Of a stretch of DNA of 33,662 nucleotides, positions 8,354 through 15,664 are shown one piece after another; within the stretch, counting starts at the first letter, position 1; each line of letters starts with the position of its first letter. A program made the position numbers and the translations under genes. Below the pieces are notes generated by a model, which did no database searches, had not been told where the DNA came from, and saw nothing but the letters and a program-made list of their open reading frames with translations. This DNA comes from an uncultured Saprospiraceae bacterium (GTDB taxonomy: Bacteria > Bacteroidota > Bacteroidia > Chitinophagales > Saprospiraceae), in assembly GCA_964419315.1 (NCBI GenBank), contig CAYQRA010000001.1, positions 1-33,662 on the forward strand, in the 5' to 3' direction.

Positions 8354-11300
8354 ATGCCCTCCATTAAAGAACAGTTTTCTTTCCAACAATTGCCCGATCA
8401 TTTCGAAAAGGATACCCATATCGGAATAGAAGGTTTGGCCATCCAAGAGTTGCGTTTGCTTGCGGGCGAAAGCCCCAAAGAAGATCTTCTGGTTGTGATC
8501 TATAAAAAAAGTCCTTACCTGAGTTTCTATGATACACAAGGAGAGCTGATTGATGTAGATCATTATCTACCAGATACTTACAAAAAAGAAGATACTTATG
8601 GCGCGGATAGCCTGATGGCCAATTTGCGGAATTTTAATGTCGCTGAATCTAAGAAAAGCAAAGTCTTTTACCACTTAATCACTGAAGTCTTATCAATTGA
8701 TGGAGGAACTAATCTCGCAAAAGGACTTCGAAGTCGCTATGGATTTGAAACCAGTAGCGGAATCCTAAAACAATTTTTTCGTGCAGAAGGAATCACTGGA
8801 GACATCAGAGATGGTTTATTAGATAAATTTACGAGCTTTTATGCTTTTTTAGAATCCTTGATTCTTTTTCAACAACAAGGTAGAAATAGTTATGTGCACA
8901 TCACCGCTCAGGATAATATCGTTATCACGCCTTTGCAAAAGAGAAGTGGGATTGCGGTGATGATGGAAACCCAAAATATCAAAGGTCATCTTTTACCGCC
9001 CAACCAGTGGTTGATTACCCGCACCAATGACGTCGACTCCTTAGAGCAAGCGCTGATTTTTAGAACCAAAGATATCCAAGACTTTTTTGAAGCGGAGGCG
9101 GATGATGAAGTGATCGAAACGGATCGTTATAAATTATACCACACCCCCGGAGAGGTGGAGATAGATAGTTTATTGGACAACACTGGGAATCTTTTAAAAT
9201 TGGCTGCGCTGAACGACTGTCTACAGATTTTACCTTCTGATAATAACATCATCGTTGTATTAAGTAACGAAAGAGAAGTCACGGTGGTGAATACCCATCG
9301 TTCGATCGTTCCGCACAAATGGCCAAAGAAAATTATCTTGCCAGAAGCAAGTCATTGGGTGCGGGCGGATGAAAATATACAAGTTCTTTTTGTACAAAAT
9401 AAAATAGGAACGATCAGTGCTTATGATATTATTGGAGACCATCCGGAGTTGCTGCAGGAGATCGGAACCTTTGCCTTGGGTTTTGAATTGGACCAAAATG
9501 CTTCTTTGATTGTCAAAGAAAAAGAGAGTCGAGGCCTTCTAAAAATTACGACGAATACCGTGGATATAGAAGTACCTGCGGAGCAACAAAACTTCAAAGC
9601 AATCTTGGAAAACTTGTCTTATCTTTTTAAAGGAGAAAGTCTGTTTACCGAAACGCAGTTTGCTAAAGTAGTCCAGGAAGAAGCACCAGAAGAAACAAAA
9701 ACGCCCAGTGTTTTTGAATCTGCTCGCTTTGACTTTGAAGCCAATGTAGAGCAAATGCTGATGGAAGCTGGAAAGAGTTATGAAGAATTATTATTGGTGC
9801 AAAATAAAGTCGCTATTTCCCGACAAAACCTTGGAGAAGAACTAACGGCTTACGCGGAAAAAGAAGGCATCTTTTTGGTGGGACAAAGACTACAAGCGGC
9901 GATCAACGCCATCATCAAACCTTCAGAAAAGAAAGTTCGAAACTTGGTGGAAGAATCAAGATCTGCTTTGATTCTCGAGGAAGTTAAAGGTTTTCGAGGG
10001 AAGATGGAAGACCTATCAGATCCTAATGCTTATCGAGAAATTTTGAATGCCTTACGGCAATTTCAAGAGGAACTCAATGCCATGTTGCCCGATAATACCA
10101 CGCGGATGATGACGGAATTTAAGAGCATAAAGAATGAACTCAATCTTGCTTTTTCTGACCAGATCGCAAAAGATGGTTCTGCTCTCCAAGAGTTTATCAA
10201 TGGAGAAATCAATCAAATAGAAAAGGCGATAAAAGACACCCATGATCCCCGACAACTGGAGACTTTACTGAGCACCCATCCGGCTTCTTTGGAGTTGATG
10301 AATTTGCTGAAGCAACCCTTCCTTCTACAGAATATCGCGCGTGAACGAAGCCTATCACCGGCTGGCATTCAGAGCCGTTTATTTGCTTCTGTAGCTGCTC
10401 GGAAAATTGAATTGAAAAAAGAATTGGAAGCCAAGGAAGCGGAAAAAGGAATTGCCAAAAAGCAATTCGCTAAAATGATTCAGGAGAGCATCGACTTTTT
10501 TGTAAAAAATCATACCAAAGATTTTTCTGACCTTTCCCTTTCTGTCAATGCTGCTTATCAGCAAATATTAGGAGACATTCAGCGCTTGGAAAAAACGTAT
10601 CGCGATGTTCGTTTGGCTACCGATCTGCGGAGAAAATTAGAGCGAAGAATCTTGGAGCGCAATCGCGCAGACTTAGAAAAAATGGTCGCCTTTGAAGGAA
10701 AATATGCCTTTATAAAAAATGACCCTGATTTATATGTGGACTTAGAATCTACTGTTCGAACTTTTCCAGTTTGGAGCATGCGCTTGATAGAGAAAAAAGG
10801 TTTTTCTGGAACCTATATGGTGACTTTTATGAGAAATACCGACCGAAATGTTTTTCGTCCTGGCGCTACTGAAAATTTAGCTTCAGGAAAAGCCTTCGAG
10901 ATTAACGAAGAGGAGTATGGTACTTTTGCGGAAAGTTATGAAGCTTATTGTACGGGAGATGTTCCTTACGAATTGGCCGATATCCTTTGGGAGATTTACC
11001 AAGGAAAATCTTTGGCGGAGAATTTTCCACAATATTCTAAAATACGAATTGAAAACCTTTTACCAAAATCCAAAGAAGCCGCTAAAGGTTTGCGTTGTGC
11101 TTTGGAGAAGAAAAAAAGAGATCATTTAGAACGAAACCGAAAGCGCTTTGTACCAAGAATTAGTCCTGAGTTTATAGATGAGACTCCTTATTTTCAAAGT
11201 AAGTTGCAAGAGTTTGTCATCAAAGCCAAATTGCAATTGGTGAGTGGGTCGGGAGCGATTTTATTATCAGGGCCACCGAGTACTGGAAAGTCTGCCTTTT

Positions 11301-12274
11301 TAAAATTTGCGAGTGCCATTATGAATCGGGAATATTTTGAGCATGCCGCAGATAAATGGCAAACCAAAAATAGTTTGATCACTGCGATTAAATTTGGAGA
11401 GAATGGCCCTTATGCTACTCCCGCAGGTTTTACCGTGGCGATTACTACTCCGCATAGTTTGATCAGCATCGAGGAAATCAAGGAATGGCCGGAGGCTTTG
11501 CGGAAGTCATTGAATCCTTTCTTTGCAGGCAGTAAAATCTTCGTTGCACCGGATGGGACCAATTATGATATTGGAGAAAATATTTTGCTTTGTGCGGCTG
11601 CCAACCTTGGTGCCATGTATCGCCAAGACGATGAACCGTTTACCTCTGATTTTTGGTCGCGGATAGAAGTTGTGGAATATAGTTATGCTCCGGAGCAAGT
11701 AGATCGAGAGTATTATGAAGACTTGCATGATATGAAAATCCGACAGTTTTTGACCATGCAGGATTTGATAAAAGAAAAGTTTAAAGTCAATGCTGCTCCG
11801 AAGGAAGTGGTCGCGCGAGCACAACATTTTGCGAAACTATTTTTAGAATTTATTTTGCTGCCCAAAGCAGATGAAAATGTTAAGCGTGGCAATTTGCAGG
11901 GGTACATCAGAGAATATTTTGAAGATCCAGATGCTTTTGAAGGCAACCAATACAGCCCAGAGGAAGCCGCCAAGGTGGCGCTTCGCCGCCTAAAAGATTT
12001 CCAAAAATTTTCTGCCAAAGAATTCTTCGACCTCTACGATCATTTTGTCAATCAACAAAACATCAGAACCAAGCGGATAAAACGCTTGCAAGCTGGAGAT
12101 ATTGATCGCTACAAGCAATTGAAAGGTTTGATTCTTACGGTCCGCTATTTAGAAGGTTGTTTGCGTCATTTGCGGAAAAAGTTTTATGCCACTGCTGGCC
12201 AAACGGAAATTGAAGGAACCAATCGAGAGTTTATCAAGTGTGTTTATTTATTAGGGATGATTGGGAAGTTTTAA
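8354..12274 (+). CDS. Giant AAA+ ATPase (single C-terminal AAA_5/MoxR-like module) with about 970-aa non-ATPase N-terminal region
   Basis: The track ORF is 1306 aa with its ATG at 8354. Walker A is GPPSTGKS (aa 973-980, 11270..11293). A Walker-B-like strand is SLISIEE (aa 1035-1041, 11456..11476). The sensor-1 region is ILLCAAANLG. FWSRIEVVEYSYAPE corresponds to the LLDRF...YP element of MoxR/AAA_5 ATPases. The N-terminal 440 aa or so look beta-rich, and aa 450-800 or so are a long helical, coiled-coil-like Glu/Lys/Leu-rich stretch. Confidence 0.9.
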   Translation: MPSIKEQFSFQQLPDHFEKDTHIGIEGLAIQELRLLAGESPKEDLLVVIYKKSPYLSFYDTQGELIDVDHYLPDTYKKEDTYGADSLMANLRNFNVAESKKSKVFYHLITEVLSIDGGTNLAKGLRSRYGFETSSGILKQFFRAEGITGDIRDGLLDKFTSFYAFLESLILFQQQGRNSYVHITAQDNIVITPLQKRSGIAVMMETQNIKGHLLPPNQWLITRTNDVDSLEQALIFRTKDIQDFFEAEADDEVIETDRYKLYHTPGEVEIDSLLDNTGNLLKLAALNDCLQILPSDNNIIVVLSNEREVTVVNTHRSIVPHKWPKKIILPEASHWVRADENIQVLFVQNKIGTISAYDIIGDHPELLQEIGTFALGFELDQNASLIVKEKESRGLLKITTNTVDIEVPAEQQNFKAILENLSYLFKGESLFTETQFAKVVQEEAPEETKTPSVFESARFDFEANVEQMLMEAGKSYEELLLVQNKVAISRQNLGEELTAYAEKEGIFLVGQRLQAAINAIIKPSEKKVRNLVEESRSALILEEVKGFRGKMEDLSDPNAYREILNALRQFQEELNAMLPDNTTRMMTEFKSIKNELNLAFSDQIAKDGSALQEFINGEINQIEKAIKDTHDPRQLETLLSTHPASLELMNLLKQPFLLQNIARERSLSPAGIQSRLFASVAARKIELKKELEAKEAEKGIAKKQFAKMIQESIDFFVKNHTKDFSDLSLSVNAAYQQILGDIQRLEKTYRDVRLATDLRRKLERRILERNRADLEKMVAFEGKYAFIKNDPDLYVDLESTVRTFPVWSMRLIEKKGFSGTYMVTFMRNTDRNVFRPGATENLASGKAFEINEEEYGTFAESYEAYCTGDVPYELADILWEIYQGKSLAENFPQYSKIRIENLLPKSKEAAKGLRCALEKKKRDHLERNRKRFVPRISPEFIDETPYFQSKLQEFVIKAKLQLVSGSGAILLSGPPSTGKSAFLKFASAIMNREYFEHAADKWQTKNSLITAIKFGENGPYATPAGFTVAITTPHSLISIEEIKEWPEALRKSLNPFFAGSKIFVAPDGTNYDIGENILLCAAANLGAMYRQDDEPFTSDFWSRIEVVEYSYAPEQVDREYYEDLHDMKIRQFLTMQDLIKEKFKVNAAPKEVVARAQHFAKLFLEFILLPKADENVKRGNLQGYIREYFEDPDAFEGNQYSPEEAAKVALRRLKDFQKFSAKEFFDLYDHFVNQQNIRTKRIKRLQAGDIDRYKQLKGLILTVRYLEGCLRHLRKKFYATAGQTEIEGTNREFIKCVYLLGMIGKF
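11201..11713 (+). other. AAA_5/MoxR-like P-loop ATPase module
   Basis: The Walker A, Walker-B-like, sensor-1 and Arg-containing elements listed for the parent CDS all fall in this interval. Confidence 0.75.
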
Positions 12275-12314
12275 GGGGCCCATAATTTGCATGGCGGGAT
12301 TATAAGAATTGATT

Positions 12315-12361
12315 TTGTCGCTTTCGCAGGGCTTCAAAAATCAGAGCGCGGGAGGCGACAA
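12315..12361 (+). terminator. Possible stem-loop terminator downstream of the ATPase gene
   Basis: ttgtcgctttcgc (from 12315) pairs with gcgggaggcgacaa (ending 12361). That gives about 13 bp including two G-U pairs and one bulge, with a loop of about 18 nt. Only a weak CTTTTG follows. It lies 40 nt after the stop at 12274. Confidence 0.35.
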
Positions 12362-12505
12362 GCTAATCTTTTGCGGATATCCATTACCAAAAGTTTAGTC
12401 TAATAAATCTATTTAAAATATTAATCTCCTTCCTTGCAAGAAAAAGCTAGTAAATAAACTCTATTAAAACGATTGCTTATTTATTGAAAGTTTTAAACCT
12501 TGAAA

Positions 12506-13336
12506 ATGAAGATTAGATTATTACTTGCCTTTGTTCTAAGTCTCTCTTTGTACACTTCTAAACTCCTTGCTCAAGAATCGACTCCTTTTCCTTTTGGGGT
12601 GGTAGATCAGGTGGAATCCAAAGAACTCTCGGAAACTCGAATCCTCAATATTTATTTGCCACAAGGCTATGAAAAAGATAGTCTAGCGACTTATCCAGTA
12701 ATTTATCTTTTGGATGGTTCGGCTCAAGAAGACTATCCGCACATGGCGGGGCTTGTGCAGTATTTTCATATGTATCAATTGATGCCGCAGTCCATTTTGG
12801 TGGGCATTGCAAATATAGATCGATATCGAGATTTTACCACGCCTTCGGCCAACAAGAAAGACCAAAAGGCTATTCCCAATGCGGGAGGTACTGCCAAGTT
12901 GATGGCTTTTATGGAAAAGGAACTCCAACCACTTATTCGGCAAAAATATCGTGGTACTGGCGAGCAAACCATTATTGGGCAGTCGCTCGGCGGTCTGTTT
13001 GCTGCCGAAGTTTTATTTACCAAACCCCATTTATTTGATAATTACCTCATCGTGAGTCCTAGCTTATGGTGGAATGATCAGGCTTTGGTGAAAAGGGCGG
13101 GCGCTTTTTTACAGAAACACCCTAATTTGAAAAAGAAAGTCTACTTGGCTTTGGGCAGCGAAGGCTCAGAAATGAAAGATGGAATGGATAAATTATTGGC
13201 GGTCCTAAATGGAAATGAAGCCAAGCAAATGACCGTTCATTTCGAACCTTTTCTCAAAGAGTCTCATGCTACGATCATGCATCGTGCGACCTATCGGGGA
13301 TTTGAAGTATTATTTGAAGGGAAGAAATGGGATTAG
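12506..13336 (+). CDS. Secreted alpha/beta-hydrolase, 'putative esterase' family (Fes/IroE-like fold)
   Basis: The track ORF starts at a TTG (12500), but the ATG at 12506 two codons later is the more likely start. The signal peptide is MKIRLLLAFVLSLSLYTSKLLAQ. YPVIYLLDG is followed by the nucleophile elbow GQSLGG (GxSxG) and a C-terminal His (KESHAT). Confidence 0.85.
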   Translation: MKIRLLLAFVLSLSLYTSKLLAQESTPFPFGVVDQVESKELSETRILNIYLPQGYEKDSLATYPVIYLLDGSAQEDYPHMAGLVQYFHMYQLMPQSILVGIANIDRYRDFTTPSANKKDQKAIPNAGGTAKLMAFMEKELQPLIRQKYRGTGEQTIIGQSLGGLFAAEVLFTKPHLFDNYLIVSPSLWWNDQALVKRAGAFLQKHPNLKKKVYLALGSEGSEMKDGMDKLLAVLNGNEAKQMTVHFEPFLKESHATIMHRATYRGFEVLFEGKKWD

Positions 13337-13357
13337 GAAAACGTGGTTGGTACCGAT

Positions 13358-13393
13358 AAAAATGGCTTGTTGAATGCTCAACAAGCCATTTTT
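13358..13393. terminator. Bidirectional intrinsic terminator between convergent genes
   Basis: There is a perfect 16-bp stem, aaaaatggcttgttga (13358..13373) / tcaacaagccattttt (13378..13393), with a 4-nt loop (atgc). The A/T runs form the stem ends, so a U-tract is available on both strands. Confidence 0.85.
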
Positions 13394-13415
13394 AAATAAT
13401 TTTTTTAGCTAAAAA

Positions 13416-14504
13416 CTAGCTGTCTTGATCTTTTTCCTCCGTTGGATCTTCCGATCCCTCTTGCTCTTTTTTATCCTCCTCTAATACGATGGCATCGTCA
13501 ATTAATTCGTTAGGATCAGGCGCGGGTGGGGGAGTACTTCCCAATAGATCATTGAGCTGATTTTTGTCGATATTGATCTCCTCTGGCTTTGGATCGGTGA
13601 CGATTTTCATTTCTTCGCTGGGTGATTTGGGACCTTCATTATGGTAATCACCACGTGCAAAACGATCTGCTTTGGCAAAGAAATCATCGGTGCCGTCGAG
13701 TAGGCTTTTATCATTGTCTTCGATTCGAGGAGCTTCGGAGAAGCCAGCGCGGCGTTCCTTGGCTTTAGCATCTATTTTATCTGCCAAATCTTTGGCCTTT
13801 TGCACCATGTCATCCATGTTGCCATCTTGGGCAATTTTCGCATTGGCTTGGTCAACGGCGTCTGGCCCTTCAAAAGGATCTAAACCTTTGGCTTCGCGAG
13901 CGGCCGCTTCTTGCGCTTCATCGAAGAAGCCTTTTGCCTTTTTACCCACATCCTCTCCAACTTCTTTGAATCGTTCCATGGCATCTCCTCCTACGTCCAT
14001 GACTTTGCTACCAATATCTTCTGCTACTCCTTTGGTTTTTTCTAGAATTGGTCCTGCTGCTTCAATGACTTTTCCACCCACATCTTCCGCTACATTTTTG
14101 GCCTTGTCCATGGCATCTCCAGATTTATCGAGGATGCTAGCCCCCAAATCTTCCGCTACCGTTTTGGTCTTGTCGACTAGTGGTGCAGTGGCATCTATCA
14201 CTTTTCCGCCGACCTCTTCCGTAAAATCTTTAGCTTTGTTTACTACTGGTCCCGCAGTTTCAGAAAAGTTCTCTCCGAGGTTGTCCATCACCTCTTTTGC
14301 TTTGAGCAAAGCATCAGAAGCGGCATCCTTGGCGGTGTGGAGTACATCCCCCGCGATATCTTTGGCACCATCTAAGGCGTCTCCACTTTTGTCGACTAAT
14401 TTGCCACCGGCCTCCATTCCAGAGTCGACGACTTTATTTCCAGCTGACTTAGCGACAGATTTAGCTCCAAAGAGGAGTTTTTTGACATCATTAAAAAAAC
14501 CCAT
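13416..14504 (-). CDS. LEA/apolipoprotein/perilipin-like amphipathic 22-mer repeat protein with acidic disordered tail
   Basis: The track ORF is 362 aa with its ATG at 14504..14502. There is no signal peptide. Aa 24-195 or so are tandem 22-residue units (TEEVGGKVIDATAPLVDKTKTV / AEDLGASILDKSGDAMDKAKNV / AEDVGGKVIEAAGPILEKTKGV / AEDIGSKVMDVGGDAMERFKEV). The C-terminal 100 aa or so are Pro/Glu/Asp-rich. Confidence 0.8.
   Translation of the reverse strand: MGFFNDVKKLLFGAKSVAKSAGNKVVDSGMEAGGKLVDKSGDALDGAKDIAGDVLHTAKDAASDALLKAKEVMDNLGENFSETAGPVVNKAKDFTEEVGGKVIDATAPLVDKTKTVAEDLGASILDKSGDAMDKAKNVAEDVGGKVIEAAGPILEKTKGVAEDIGSKVMDVGGDAMERFKEVGEDVGKKAKGFFDEAQEAAAREAKGLDPFEGPDAVDQANAKIAQDGNMDDMVQKAKDLADKIDAKAKERRAGFSEAPRIEDNDKSLLDGTDDFFAKADRFARGDYHNEGPKSPSEEMKIVTDPKPEEINIDKNQLNDLLGSTPPPAPDPNELIDDAIVLEEDKKEQEGSEDPTEEKDQDS
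13920..14435 (-). repeat. In-frame tandem coding repeats (66-bp / 22-aa unit, about 8 diverged copies)
   Basis: The periodicity is visible in the protein. It also shows in the DNA at 132-bp spacing (e.g. tgacttttccacccacatcttccgctac vs tcacttttccgccgacctcttccgtaaa). Confidence 0.7.
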
Positions 14505-14725
14505 GATTGTATTATTTTTTCAATTTAAATAATGAATGACCTAAGAATAGGACAGTAGAAAGTAAAATACCATTAACTCATTCCCGTTTATCTTTTGTCC
14601 TGCAATTAGATAATATTTCCTTCACTAACAGGGTAGAAATTAGGGAATATTTAGGAAATATAAAAATACACTCTACCAGACCGCAGTTTTTCCAGACATA
14701 AATAATGAAAAATTAATGATATGCC

Positions 14726-15520
14726 TTAGAAAGAGAAGCCAGGGTGCTTTCCTTTTCCACTATTTTTATCTCCCAAAAGATATTCTCCTTTGACTTTTTC
14801 GTCTGGTATTTGTAAAAAGTTTTCGATTTCTTGTTCAATGTATTGCGCTTGCTCTAGATGCATAATGCCTTTAATGAGTTTTTCCCTTTTGCCATTTTTA
14901 AGAATAATACTGACCGAAAAGGCATGGTTGGGAACATCATTGGTGGTACTTTCTACATACTGTTCGACAAAGATTTGTTGGATATCTTGGTTGAGAATAC
15001 TTTTGTCGTTATAAAACGGAAGCTTGAGCGGGCGATGTTCAATAAGAGTGCGGTCGTGGTCAACGATAATATTTGTCCGATTAAGCATAAGGGTTAGCTG
15101 GTTATAAAGCAAACCAATACCTACGGCAATGTGTAGCCCCATAAAAAGGAGCGCAATGAAATTTCCGGAAATGATGGCTCCAGCAGCAATAACAAACATA
15201 ATACTATTCCAAAAGATGGTAAAGAAAAGTAGACCAGATTGTATGGATCTTTTCCAACTTAATTCAATATCCAATTCATTGGTCAAGTGAAGTACTTCAA
15301 TACCATTGGGCATAAAAGATTCCGGCTTGTGGCGAAATGGCATGGCATTATGCAATTGGTAAATGGACTCACATTTATGGCACTTGGCGAGGTTATGATC
15401 GATGTTGATGTGTTCGGTTTCTATCGGAGATTGGCAGCCCGGGCATTTGACTTTGATTGGGGTCAGCTCTGGGAATACCGGCTTGTAAATTCCTTCGGGG
15501 GCTAAATAGGCTTTCTTCAT
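14726..15520 (-). CDS. Membrane protein with N-terminal CxxC...CxxC zinc ribbon and uncharacterised C-terminal domain
   Basis: The track ORF is 264 aa with its ATG at 15520..15518. The zinc-ribbon signature is CPGCQSPIETEHINIDHNLAKCHKCES. Two or three hydrophobic helices follow (LLFFTIFWNSIMFVIAAGAIISGNFIALLFMGLHIAVGIGLLY), then a soluble tail of about 110 aa with no motif I recognise. Confidence 0.8.
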   Translation of the reverse strand: MKKAYLAPEGIYKPVFPELTPIKVKCPGCQSPIETEHINIDHNLAKCHKCESIYQLHNAMPFRHKPESFMPNGIEVLHLTNELDIELSWKRSIQSGLLFFTIFWNSIMFVIAAGAIISGNFIALLFMGLHIAVGIGLLYNQLTLMLNRTNIIVDHDRTLIEHRPLKLPFYNDKSILNQDIQQIFVEQYVESTTNDVPNHAFSVSIILKNGKREKLIKGIMHLEQAQYIEQEIENFLQIPDEKVKGEYLLGDKNSGKGKHPGFSF

Positions 15521-15664
15521 TTTTAAATACTTTTACCTTCGTATTCTTTCTCGATTTTTCGATCGGCAATTAACAAATAATCGTCCTTTCTACTTTATCC
15601 ATATTCTAAGATACTATTTTGCCAGGAAATGGTTGCAAAATAAACTGCTTTCGCTGCAAGACCT

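Noticed and set aside
8300-8563. 87-aa minus-strand ORF overlapping the start of the ATPase gene
   Set aside because: It lies antisense to the first 70 codons of a 1306-aa ORF and within the divergent promoter region. It has no motif, and short antisense ORFs like this are typical of AT-rich sequence.
3404-12274. Reading the AAA+/vWA cluster as part of a mobile defence island
   Set aside because: No integrase, transposase, tRNA attachment site or flanking direct repeats are visible. I see no obvious compositional break by eye, and the neighbours are ordinary surface-protein and esterase genes. The cluster may still be a conflict system, but mobility is unsupported.
3404-12274. Identification of the cluster as the Bacteroides aerotolerance (Bat) MoxR operon
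   Set aside because: The Bat operon has a small MoxR, a DUF58 protein and several membrane-anchored vWA/TPR proteins in one co-directional operon. Here the proteins are 3-4 times larger, lack TM segments and are arranged divergently.
13672-14532. 286-aa plus-strand ORF (Ser/Ala/Pro-rich) antisense to the 22-mer repeat gene
   Set aside because: It is a shadow ORF created by the biased Ala/Gly/Asp/Lys codon usage of the minus-strand repeat gene. It has low-complexity composition and no independent start context. The minus-strand reading gives a coherent periodic protein bounded by a terminator.
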